This document shows, piece after piece, positions 49,112 to 58,255 of a stretch of 64,000 nucleotides of DNA. The stretch lies in the NCBI GenBank assembly GCA_963664705.1, contig OY761556.1, positions 2,240,001 to 2,304,000 of the forward strand. The letters run 5' to 3'. Position 1 is the stretch's first letter. The number at the start of each line of letters is the position of its first letter. The position numbers and the translations under genes were made by a program. Origin of the DNA: Acidobacteriota bacterium (lineage in GTDB: Bacteria; Acidobacteriota; UBA6911). The notes below the pieces were generated by a model. That model ran no database searches. It was not told where the DNA came from and saw only the letters and a program-made list of their open reading frames with translations.

Positions 49112-49170
49112 GGCAATTGGTGGCTGCTTTTTGGCGACGAAGCTAAAGCAAGCCTGCAATCCGCTCCGCG
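49112..49170. repeat. right copy of 59-bp direct repeat (contains the 3' end of the glycosyltransferase-like gene)
   Basis: Identical to 47514-47572; encodes AERIAGLL-stop on the minus strand. Confidence 0.95.
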
Positions 49171-50225
49171 GCGATGCAGTCGCCGCCGGCGCTCAAATCC
49201 GATGGAGGCTCCGGCCGGCTCCAGATCGATTCCAGGCTCTCCCGAAGATTGCCCTCGTACAGCTTTTCCGCGGGAATGTGCAGATGCTTCATATACTTTC
49301 TTATGGATGCCTCGAGGATTGGATATTCGCGAAAATGACTTCGGTCGGCATAAATCAAAGGCTTCCGGTTCACGATGCAGTCGGAGAGGATGCCGAAACC
49401 TGGCTTGGATATCACCGCATCTACCGAAGCAATTGCATCCGAAAATGTCATTTGCTCGCGGCTGATGGCATGAATGTTCCTTCGATGCCATTCCAGCGGA
49501 AGAACCGTAATGAATTCGCAATCCTGAATGCGTTCCACGCGATCCAGCGTTTCTTCACTCCAATCCAGGGTCGTAAATGAAAGGAGGATCCACCTCTTGC
49601 GCTCGTCACAGCCCGTCGCCGCCGCAATTTCGGAACGGCGTGCAATGCCCGGAGAGGCAACCAGCGGAATATCCTCAATGCGTGGAAAAGCCTCCATCTC
49701 CTCGCAGAAAGGAAGACGCAACAGGAGACTCGTCTGTCTGTATTGTTCCTGGAACATTTTGACAACCGGTTCCCAGGCAGCATCACGGGGTACGAATTCC
49801 GAATAAATCCAATCCCAGCCGAAATTGCCCACAGCGATGGAAGGGATTCCCTTGCGAGCCGCAGCCTCGATCGGAATCCCAGGGATATCGGCCACCACTG
49901 CGGCAATCCGATTCGCGGTAAGGAATTCCGATTCTATTTGCACAAGCTCATTCCGCCGATGCCCAATGTGCGAGATTTTCCCAAGGGTGGCGTCGATATC
50001 CACTCGAATGGAGTCCAGTTGAACCATCCCGACATCATAAGATTCGGCGCGAATGGGATTTCGCGTCGAATCCGCCTGATTTGCGATGAAGGCGGCGGGC
50101 AACTGGCTGACGATATGGACAGTCCAATCCGGATACAGCCGGTTGATGGCCCGGATGATGCTGCAGGAGCGCACACCGTGTCCATAGCCATGCGACGTTA
50201 TGTAATAAGCGATGGAAGGAGGCAT
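49143..50225 (-). CDS. GT-B glycosyltransferase-like protein (resembles N-terminal domain of plant L-arabinokinase)
   Basis: YYITSHGYGHGVR, DVGMVQ.DS, NFGWDWIY, ISKPGFG, FREYP. Confidence 0.75.
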   Translation of the reverse strand: MPPSIAYYITSHGYGHGVRSCSIIRAINRLYPDWTVHIVSQLPAAFIANQADSTRNPIRAESYDVGMVQLDSIRVDIDATLGKISHIGHRRNELVQIESEFLTANRIAAVVADIPGIPIEAAARKGIPSIAVGNFGWDWIYSEFVPRDAAWEPVVKMFQEQYRQTSLLLRLPFCEEMEAFPRIEDIPLVASPGIARRSEIAAATGCDERKRWILLSFTTLDWSEETLDRVERIQDCEFITVLPLEWHRRNIHAISREQMTFSDAIASVDAVISKPGFGILSDCIVNRKPLIYADRSHFREYPILEASIRKYMKHLHIPAEKLYEGNLRESLESIWSRPEPPSDLSAGGDCIAAERIAGLL

Positions 50226-50230
50226 TCCCG

Positions 50231-51172
50231 TTACGCGTTCAAGGGGTGCATTTCAAGCCAGCGTTCGCTTCGCAGTGCAGCCATGCAGCCGAAGCCAGCA
50301 GCCGTAATAGCCTGGCGGTAATACCTGTCGTGCACATCCCCGGCGGCAAAAACTCCTTCCATGCTGGTTTCAACGCCGTTGTGGGTCACGACATACCCTT
50401 GCGCATCAAGATCGATGACCCCTTGCAGGAATTCCGTGTTGGGATGATGGCCGATTGCCATGAAGACACCGCCGATCTCCTGTGTCCATTCCTTGCCGGT
50501 CACAACATCCTTGAGTGCAACCGAGCGCAGGACATCTTCGCCCGTATAACCTGTGATAACCGTATTCCAGAGGAAGCTTATCTTCCCATTTTCAGTTGCG
50601 CGCTGCTGCATGATTTTACTGGCGCGCAAGGCATCGCGCCTGTGGACAACCGTCACTTTGGATGCGTGGTGCGCCAGTGTCAGCGCCTCCTCGAGCGCAG
50701 TATCGCCTCCCCCAACCACCATCACTTCCTGATTTCGGAAGAAGAGGCCATCGCAGACCGCGCATGCGGAAAGGCCTCGGTTGCGATATTTCGATTCATC
50801 GGGAAGTTGCAGCCATTGCGCAGTGGCTCCGGTGGCAATGATCACGGCTCGCGCCTCGCGCCAGCCTGAACCGGAACGTATCCGGAAGGGGCCGCCGGGC
50901 TTGAATTCCACTTCCTCGACATCCTCTTCGATGACCTCGGTGTTGAAACGAAGCACCTGTTTTTGCATGAGCTCCATCAATTCAGGCCCTTGTACGCCCT
51001 TCGGGAATCCGGGAAAATTCTCCACCTCAGTCGTAAACATGAGCTGGCCGCCGGGCATCTGCTGCCCCCTGGGCTCCGATGCAAAAAGAACCGGGGACAG
51101 ATTCGCCCGAGCTGTGTAAATCGCTGCAGTATATCCGGCCGGTCCGGAACCAATAATGATCACGTTATGCAT
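50231..51172 (-). CDS. trxB: thioredoxin-disulfide reductase
   Basis: GSGPAGYTAAIY, VENFPG, SACAVCDG, GGGDTALEEA, FAAGDV, QAITAAG. Confidence 0.95.
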   Translation of the reverse strand: MHNVIIIGSGPAGYTAAIYTARANLSPVLFASEPRGQQMPGGQLMFTTEVENFPGFPKGVQGPELMELMQKQVLRFNTEVIEEDVEEVEFKPGGPFRIRSGSGWREARAVIIATGATAQWLQLPDESKYRNRGLSACAVCDGLFFRNQEVMVVGGGDTALEEALTLAHHASKVTVVHRRDALRASKIMQQRATENGKISFLWNTVITGYTGEDVLRSVALKDVVTGKEWTQEIGGVFMAIGHHPNTEFLQGVIDLDAQGYVVTHNGVETSMEGVFAAGDVHDRYYRQAITAAGFGCMAALRSERWLEMHPLNA

Positions 51173-51312
51173 AGTTCAGCACCCTGTAAGTAATTGAAGA
51201 TTCATGACCCGCTGATTATATGCGAAATCCACGGGAGAAAAACAGAGGTCTCTCCGGCTCGCCTATCTGCCACTGCTTAAGACGGATGCAACGCAGTAAA
51301 CTGCATTTTGGG

Positions 51313-52956
51313 TTAGGTAATCACGGACGGAGCATCGCGATGAAATCGCATTTTCAACTGAAACAAATCGCCGGCGGCAGCGATCAGCGGCTGCAGCATG
51401 GGCTCAATGGGAGCATCTCCGCCGGCCATATAACGCTCGAAATAAAGACGGAGCGTGGCTCCTTCGGTGCCGGTGCCGGAGAGACGGCCGATAATCCGCG
51501 AGCCGTCGGCAAGCCGGATGCGAATACCCTGGCGCAGGCTGACGCTGCCGTCCACAGGATCGGTATATTGGAAATCATCCGCCTGAACGATCCGGCTTGC
51601 AGCCATGGAAATCCCCGTCATTTTTCCAACTTTCTCACGCAGCTCGCCAATCATTTCGCCCGCCGACTTCAGGTCCAATTGTTCGTAATCATGCCTCTGA
51701 TAATAGCTTCGTCCAAATATCCGCCAGTGGTCTTGAACCAGCCGGTCCACGGAGGTACGACGAACCGCAAGAATGCCCAGCCAGACGAGGACCGCCCAAA
51801 GCCCATCTTTCTCCCGAACATGGTCCGAGCCGGTGCCAAAGCTCTCCTCCCCACAGATTGTGCACAAGCCTGCGTCCATGAGATTGCCGAAAAACTTCCA
51901 GCCGGTCGGCGTCTCGTGGCAGCGGATCCCGAGTTTCGCTGCAACACGGTCCACAGCCGCACTGGTCGGCATTGATCGCGCAACGCCCTTCAATCCGGAT
52001 CTGTATCCCGGAAGGCATTCTGCAGCATGCTGGGCAATGACCGCGAGAGAGTCACCCGGGGTGACGAAAAAGCTACGGCTAAGGATCATATTTCGATCGC
52101 CGTCACCATCGCACGCCGCCCCCAGGTCCGGAGCATTCGGCAGAGACATGCTGCGTACCAATTCGGCCGCGTGCAACTGGTTGGGATCAGGATGGAGTCC
52201 GCCGAAATCCTCGAGCGGTTCTCCTCGAATAACAGTCCCGGAAGGAGCACCCAGGAGATTTTCGAAGATGTGCCGGGCATAAATCCCGGTAATGCCATGC
52301 ATGGCATCAAAACACAGGCGAAATCCGCTTTGAAACAGCGATTGCATCGCGCCGAAATCGAAAAGGGTTTGCAGCACTCCCGTATAATCCTGCAGGGGAT
52401 CGATGATGGAAACTTCCGTGCGGCCAAGGATCGTCGTACCTTCCCGATCCAGGTCGATATCGTTCGATTCCAGCGTCAGGTATCGCTCGATTTTGAGGCT
52501 TTGCTCGTAAATGCGCTCCGTGATCCCTTCCGGCGCGGGTCCGCCGTTGCGAATGTTGTATTTGATTCCGAAATCCTCATTGGCGCCGCCGGGATTATGA
52601 CTGGCAGTAAGCAGGATCCCTCCCATGGCGTTTCTGCGGCGAATCAGCGCCGACATGGCGGGAGTAGAAAGAAATCCACTTCGCCCCACCAGGACACGGC
52701 GAAAACCATTCGCTGCGGCAATCCGGATGATTTTCTGAATAGCCGCGCGGTTGTAATACCGCCCATCCCCGCCAATGGCGAGAATCTCCCCGGAAAAATC
52801 GGTGCTATCGCGCAGAGAGTCGAAAATGGATTGCGCAAAGTTTTCGACATAGTGCGGCTGCTCGAAAATTCTTGTCTTCTTGCGCAGTCCGGAAGTCCCT
52901 GGTTTCTGGTCATTGAACGGTTTTGTCTGAATAATCCGAATGGAATCGTCTGTCAT
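51313..52956 (-). CDS. pgm: phosphoglucomutase (PGM1-type)
   Basis: DQKPGTSGLRKK, TASHNPGG, DGDGDR, CGEESFG, RLSGTG. Confidence 0.93.
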   Translation of the reverse strand: MTDDSIRIIQTKPFNDQKPGTSGLRKKTRIFEQPHYVENFAQSIFDSLRDSTDFSGEILAIGGDGRYYNRAAIQKIIRIAAANGFRRVLVGRSGFLSTPAMSALIRRRNAMGGILLTASHNPGGANEDFGIKYNIRNGGPAPEGITERIYEQSLKIERYLTLESNDIDLDREGTTILGRTEVSIIDPLQDYTGVLQTLFDFGAMQSLFQSGFRLCFDAMHGITGIYARHIFENLLGAPSGTVIRGEPLEDFGGLHPDPNQLHAAELVRSMSLPNAPDLGAACDGDGDRNMILSRSFFVTPGDSLAVIAQHAAECLPGYRSGLKGVARSMPTSAAVDRVAAKLGIRCHETPTGWKFFGNLMDAGLCTICGEESFGTGSDHVREKDGLWAVLVWLGILAVRRTSVDRLVQDHWRIFGRSYYQRHDYEQLDLKSAGEMIGELREKVGKMTGISMAASRIVQADDFQYTDPVDGSVSLRQGIRIRLADGSRIIGRLSGTGTEGATLRLYFERYMAGGDAPIEPMLQPLIAAAGDLFQLKMRFHRDAPSVIT

Positions 52957-53077
52957 GTATTCATGATACCCCTAAAACCTGCATTTATTAACCTTAGACC
53001 GGAGCAATCCGAATAAAAAAATCTTTGATCCGCAAGATCCGAAAATTTCGCATTACCGAATGGAAGGAGATTGGATC

Positions 53078-53752
53078 ATGAAAGAAACCGTTACAATGCA
53101 TGTTCGGGAATATGGGGGGTTGCTGGCGGCTCCGGAGAAAAAGGCTCTTCTATGGCTGGCTCAGCGAACGCCCCGATGGATAAACTCGGATCACCTGACC
53201 CTCCTCGGCCTCTTCTCCATGGTTGGCGCAGGGTTGGCCTACTGGACTGCAAGCCGAAACAAATATGCTCTGCTGCTTGTTGTTGTTTCGCTGTTCCTGA
53301 ATTGGTATGGCGACAGCCTGGATGGAACCCTGGCAAGGTTCCGCAATTGTCAGCGGCCCCGCTATGGCTATTACGTCGATCATGTGATCGACCTTTTCGG
53401 CACAACAGCTCTGCTTGCCGGACTGGCTTTCTCCGGATATATGAATCACCTGATCACGCTGGCTTTGCTTGCCGCCTTTGTGCTTGTCGAAGCAGAGGTA
53501 TTCCTGGCAACCCATGTCCACCAGGTATTCAAGCTTTCCTGTTTCAGGATCGGGCCTACGGAACTGCGCATCGTCCTGGCGATTGGAACCCTGTATCTCC
53601 TTCACAGCTCAAAGGTGCACCTCGCAGGGCGGGAGTTTCTGCTCTTTGACATTGGAGGCATTGTCGCCATCGCGGGACTCTGCGCGGCTTTCGCCTTTTC
53701 ATCCATTCGAAATACGCTGGCGCTGTACAAGGCCGAACCCATGCCGCGCTGA
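53078..53752 (+). CDS. CDP-alcohol phosphatidyltransferase family protein
   Basis: DSLDGTLARFR...YGYYVDHVID signature; GPTELR. Confidence 0.88.
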   Translation: MKETVTMHVREYGGLLAAPEKKALLWLAQRTPRWINSDHLTLLGLFSMVGAGLAYWTASRNKYALLLVVVSLFLNWYGDSLDGTLARFRNCQRPRYGYYVDHVIDLFGTTALLAGLAFSGYMNHLITLALLAAFVLVEAEVFLATHVHQVFKLSCFRIGPTELRIVLAIGTLYLLHSSKVHLAGREFLLFDIGGIVAIAGLCAAFAFSSIRNTLALYKAEPMPR

Positions 53753-53764
53753 AGGACGGACCGG

Positions 53765-54184
53765 ATGAATGAAATACACACAAAGATACGAGCGGTATCG
53801 CACCGGTGCCTGATCTTCTACACGGTCGGAGCAATGGGGATTGCAGTTCAAATCACAGTGCTTTTTGCACTGGCGCATTGCGCGCGCCTGGGATACCTGC
53901 TCTCCACCGCCCTGGGAGTTGAAGCGGCAGTATTGCACAACTTTGCCTGGCATGAACGATGGACATGGGCGGACCGCATAGGTCCGCACGGATCGGTTCT
54001 GAAACGACTGCTGCGGTTTCACATCGCAAACGGTGTGGTATCGCTGGCCGGCAATGTGATTTTGATGCAATTTTTCGTAGGCCATTTGGGTTGGAGCCTC
54101 CTCTGCGCCAACGGCCTGTCGATTGCTATCTGTTCCGTTCTCAACTTTGTCGCCGGAGACAGGCTTGTCTTCAGGAGAAGTTAA
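53765..54184 (+). CDS. GtrA family membrane protein
   Basis: FYTVGAMG, HNFAWHERWTW, NFVAGDRLVF. Confidence 0.85.
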   Translation: MNEIHTKIRAVSHRCLIFYTVGAMGIAVQITVLFALAHCARLGYLLSTALGVEAAVLHNFAWHERWTWADRIGPHGSVLKRLLRFHIANGVVSLAGNVILMQFFVGHLGWSLLCANGLSIAICSVLNFVAGDRLVFRRS

Positions 54185-54257
54185 ACATGCGCTTCTCCAG
54201 GGTCTTTACGACTTTCTGAAGAGCCTCGGAAGTGCTCGAAAAAGGAGTGGTATAAAC

Positions 54258-55121
54258 ATGGCATCTGCTATTCGTCTCTTTCCCATCTCAGTCCTCGCCC
54301 TGCTTTTTGGAGTGATGCAGGGATACGCTGCCGACTTGAAACCGGAGACGCTGCGGGCATGGGATACTGCGGTGGAAAAACTCGAGAAACGCATTGCTTC
54401 CGAAGTGGCATCAAACAAGGGCTTCCTGTCATTGGATTTTCAGAATACAACAACTGCGGCCGCAGACCGGAAACGTCTGTTATCGGGGGAAGTCCCGGTT
54501 GAACAGATCAACAGCAGTGCGGAAACGGTGCCGGTCCCGAGCGGTATGCTGCACCACTGGAGAGGGCTGGTGTTTATTCCGGGCGTCAGTCTCGATTTTG
54601 TTCTGTCGAGAGTTGCCGATCCCAGGCTGGAGGATACGCGACAGGAAGACGTGCTCGACTCCAGAGTCCTGGAGAAACAGCCCGGTCAGCTCCGGCTCTA
54701 TCTCAAGCTGCACCGATCAAAGATCGTAACCGTGGTCTATAACACCGAACACCTGGTTCGATACCGCAAACTAGAAATCGCCCAGGCTATCAGCAGCAGC
54801 ATCGCAACCAAAATTGCGGAGATTGATAATGGGGACAACGGCGTGGAATATGAAAAGCCTCAGGGACACGATCACGGCTATCTCTGGCGCATGAACTCCT
54901 ATTGGCGTTACCAGGAAGTCCAGGGAGGCGTCATTGTGGAATGCGAGTCCATGACCCTGAGTCGATCCATTCCCAATATTCTTGAATACATGATTCGGCC
55001 GATCATCAAAAGCGTGGCCCGCGAATCGATGAAGAGAACGCTGGAATCGCTTCGCGCAAGGATGGTAAAAGCGCACAGACAGGGAACGCTACCAGGCTGC
55101 GCGCCAACTTGCCCGACGTAG
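54258..55121 (+). CDS. conserved hypothetical secreted protein
   Basis: Signal ..GYA|ADL; HHWRGLVFIPG, DHGYLWRMNSYWRY, VECESMTLSR. Confidence 0.7.
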   Translation: MASAIRLFPISVLALLFGVMQGYAADLKPETLRAWDTAVEKLEKRIASEVASNKGFLSLDFQNTTTAAADRKRLLSGEVPVEQINSSAETVPVPSGMLHHWRGLVFIPGVSLDFVLSRVADPRLEDTRQEDVLDSRVLEKQPGQLRLYLKLHRSKIVTVVYNTEHLVRYRKLEIAQAISSSIATKIAEIDNGDNGVEYEKPQGHDHGYLWRMNSYWRYQEVQGGVIVECESMTLSRSIPNILEYMIRPIIKSVARESMKRTLESLRARMVKAHRQGTLPGCAPTCPT

Positions 55122-55134
55122 ACTTTTTTGCCGA

Positions 55135-56622
55135 TCATTCGTCCCGGCCAAAGGCAGCTTTTGCCGTTGTCGGTTCAATCAAGAGGAATCCAACAAGCGC
55201 CCCGATAGCAACAGCCAGGAGAATGGTGGCATAGACGGCATGCATCGTGTGCATGCGGGCAGCGGAGATTGCCAATTCAAGCACAAAAACCCAGTCTGCC
55301 CACCGGATCCACCGGTGAACCTTATGGCGCTGCGGGGAGAGCTCCGACTTATAAAAACCGGATGTGAACCAGAGATGCAGCCGCAGATTGGCAGCTATCC
55401 CCACCGCAACAATGGCAGGGAAAAAATAAAGGGATCCTTCGATGCCTGGAAGCGACTGCTTGACGACCCAGAGCGGATACAGCATTCCGTAATAGCCAAA
55501 ACCGGCGACAGCCTGATGGAATTGCCACCACCAAAGCGCGGGGCTGTGGCGCAGCGCCGGCATCGCATTTCCACCGTCGGAAAGCCGAACCAGGGCAGAA
55601 AGGAGCTCCTCCGCATCCGCGTATCGCTCGCCGGGATCCTTCTTCAAACAGCGGAGCACGATCTCCTCCACGCCTTTCGGGACTTTCGGGTTCGCCCGGC
55701 ACAGATCAGGAACATTCGCCTCCAGGATTCGGGCAACCGTGGATACGGAGTCAGAAACTCCAAACGGGTGCTTCCCTGCCGCCAGTTCATAGAGCATTAC
55801 CCCAAGCGAAAATATATCCGTACGCCGATCAACGGTCGCACCCAACAATTGCTCGGGCGAAGCGTAAGCTGGTGTGCCAAGAAATGCGCCGGAGCGAGTG
55901 ATGCGGGTATCCGGATTCGCTCCATTTCCTGATTCAATCCTGGCCAGGCCGAAATCGAGTATTTTAATAGAACCCGAATCCGACAATATGACATTCTCGG
56001 GTTTCAGATCTCTGTGGATGATTCCCTGGGCATGTGCTGCCGCCAGCGCACGGGTGATCTGGATGGCAATGTCGATAAGCTGATGCATCGGAACCGGTCC
56101 GCTCTGCGCCAATTTGAGCAAAGTGGATCCCTGGACATACTCGGAAACGATAAAAAATGCATCCTCCAACTCCTCCAGGGAATAGACAGTGGCAATCCCT
56201 GGATGAGACAACCTGGCGGCTGCCCGGGCTTCTCTTCGCAGGCGTTCGCGAAACTGCGGATCGCTGGTATATTTTGGAGCCAGCATCTTGATCGCTACGA
56301 GGCGATCCAGCCGGTTATCCCGCGCCATATACACAATTCCCATCCCGCCCTGACCGACCTTGCCTGTAATCTCATAGCCGCCGATTCGCTGCCCTATCAT
56401 GGAACCGCCGCTCTCACTCTGAAACAGTTCGGGGACTGCCGCATATACCGGCTTTTCCAGAAAACTGTCGGCGCCGTAGCTCTCCAGCAATACCTGAACT
56501 TCCTTCCGAAGCTCAGGATCTGATTGACAGGCCTCGTCAAGAAATGCCGCGCGGGAGCCCGCATCCTTTTCGATGGCGGATTCGAACAGCCGCTTCAATA
56601 ACTGCCAGCGCTCAGGATTCAA
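55135..56622 (-). CDS. Hanks-type Ser/Thr kinase with C-terminal membrane helices
   Basis: GQGGMGIVY, VAIK, HRDLKPEN, DFGLA, GTPAYASPEQ; TTG start overlapping the ECF gene end. Confidence 0.92.
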   Translation of the reverse strand: MNPERWQLLKRLFESAIEKDAGSRAAFLDEACQSDPELRKEVQVLLESYGADSFLEKPVYAAVPELFQSESGGSMIGQRIGGYEITGKVGQGGMGIVYMARDNRLDRLVAIKMLAPKYTSDPQFRERLRREARAAARLSHPGIATVYSLEELEDAFFIVSEYVQGSTLLKLAQSGPVPMHQLIDIAIQITRALAAAHAQGIIHRDLKPENVILSDSGSIKILDFGLARIESGNGANPDTRITRSGAFLGTPAYASPEQLLGATVDRRTDIFSLGVMLYELAAGKHPFGVSDSVSTVARILEANVPDLCRANPKVPKGVEEIVLRCLKKDPGERYADAEELLSALVRLSDGGNAMPALRHSPALWWWQFHQAVAGFGYYGMLYPLWVVKQSLPGIEGSLYFFPAIVAVGIAANLRLHLWFTSGFYKSELSPQRHKVHRWIRWADWVFVLELAISAARMHTMHAVYATILLAVAIGALVGFLLIEPTTAKAAFGRDE

Positions 56623-57169
56623 CAGCTTTCTCCATCTCGGTTCGAAGCCAGGCCTTTGCCAGGCTCCAGTTGCGTTTAATGGTAGCCGGAGACGAACCAA
56701 GGATTTCCGCCGTCTCCTCGACGGTTAATCCGCCAAAAAACCTGAGCTCCACAATCCGGGCTAATTGGGGATCCATTGCATCCAGACGCTCCAGGGATTC
56801 ATGCAGGGCAAGCATGTCGATGGAAGCCTCTTCCTGGGCTACCACCGCATTTTCGAAACTGACGCGCACTCGCGATCCTCCGCGCTTGGTGGCAGCGCGC
56901 GCCCGGGCTCTCTCCACCAGAATCTCTCGCATGGCGTGCGCGGCAATTGCGCAGAAATGCGCCCGATTCTGCCAGAAATGCGCTCGTTCCTTTGCCAGGC
57001 GCAGGTAGGCTTCATTGACTAATGCGGTTGCCTGCAGGGTCTGGGCGGCCCGTTCCCGGGCCATATAGCGGCGAGCCAGCCGTCTTAATTCGTCATAGAC
57101 AGCAGGCATGACATTGGAAAGGCTGAGGGGTCCCGCTTCATTGTCGAACTGGTTTTTGACCATGGTCAT
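56612..57169 (-). CDS. ECF sigma factor of the kinase-associated type
   Basis: VYDELRRLA, TLQATALVNEAYLRL, IVELRFFGGLT, WSLAKAWL. Confidence 0.9.
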   Translation of the reverse strand: MTMVKNQFDNEAGPLSLSNVMPAVYDELRRLARRYMARERAAQTLQATALVNEAYLRLAKERAHFWQNRAHFCAIAAHAMREILVERARARAATKRGGSRVRVSFENAVVAQEEASIDMLALHESLERLDAMDPQLARIVELRFFGGLTVEETAEILGSSPATIKRNWSLAKAWLRTEMEKAVES

Positions 57170-57284
57170 GTCCCGGTATTTTAATCCGAATTGCTATCCC
57201 TTTGCACAGCCGAAGACATGGAAAAGATCTTATGGTACTCTGGTCAGGAACAGGACTTTCATTGACAGTATAGGAGAAAAAACT

Positions 57285-57758
57285 GTGAAAAAGGACGAGT
57301 TTTTCCAATATGCGCTGGATGCGTTCAAGCCTGCCGAGACAATGCTGAAGATGGTTCCCGCTGATAAACTGGATTGGAAGCCCGGCCCGACTTTCATGAC
57401 CATGGGCCAGCTCATCTGTCATCTCAGCAGCGGCATCGGCACCGAATTGAAAATGGCGATCGACAACAGTTGGCCGACACCGGGCGAAGGCGGCATGCCG
57501 CAATTCCCCTCCTGCGGCGTTGCGGAAGCGATTGCGAATCTCGAAAAGGACAAAACCACACTTCGCGCCATTCTTGACGGCATGTCCGAAGAAGAATTCG
57601 CGACCAAAATTATCTCGGTCCCATGGGGATGGAAATCGAAAATAGAGAAGATGTCCCTCGATTTCCGCGATCACTTCATCCATCACAAGATGCAGCTCTT
57701 CACCTACCTCAAGCTGCTCGAACTCCCCGTCAACACCGAAACGCTGTACATGGGATAA
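57285..57758 (+). CDS. DinB/YfiT family protein
   Basis: LDWKPG..FMTMGQLICHL, HFIHHKMQLFTYLKLL; GTG start with AGGAG RBS. Confidence 0.85.
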   Translation: MKKDEFFQYALDAFKPAETMLKMVPADKLDWKPGPTFMTMGQLICHLSSGIGTELKMAIDNSWPTPGEGGMPQFPSCGVAEAIANLEKDKTTLRAILDGMSEEEFATKIISVPWGWKSKIEKMSLDFRDHFIHHKMQLFTYLKLLELPVNTETLYMG

Positions 57759-58255
57759 TGATGATTGTTCGAGTATTCGTAACCGGCGGAACCTTCGACA
57801 AAGAGTACGATGAGTTGGAGGGAAAACTCTATTTCAGGGATACGCATCTGCCCGAAATGCTCGAGCTTGGCCGGTGCAAAGTAAAGGTGGATATCCGGAC
57901 GCTGATGATGATCGACAGCCTCGATATGACCGAGTCCGACAGGAACATCATCCTGGACAACTGTCAAAAGTGCAAAGAGGATTGCATCGTCATTACCCAC
58001 GGTACCGATACAATGGAAGAGACCGCTCGCGTGCTGGGTCAAGCCTCTTTAGATAAGACCATTGTTCTGACGGGCGCGATGATTCCCTTCAAGTTCGGGA
58101 GTTCGGATGGACTCTTTAACCTTGGCAGCGCCCTGGCCTTTGCACAGTGCCTTCCCCGCGGAGTTTACGTGGCAATGAACGGCCGGTATTTTCGCTGGGA
58201 TAATGTCCACAAAAATCGCCAAGTCGGGGAATTTGAGGAAAAACAGAATGCATGA
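57758..58255 (+). CDS. short-chain L-asparaginase (N-terminal domain only)
   Basis: TGGTFDK, DSLDM, THGTDTM, LTGAM.P, SDGLFNL, VYVAMNG; 165 aa. Confidence 0.88.
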   Translation: MMIVRVFVTGGTFDKEYDELEGKLYFRDTHLPEMLELGRCKVKVDIRTLMMIDSLDMTESDRNIILDNCQKCKEDCIVITHGTDTMEETARVLGQASLDKTIVLTGAMIPFKFGSSDGLFNLGSALAFAQCLPRGVYVAMNGRYFRWDNVHKNRQVGEFEEKQNA

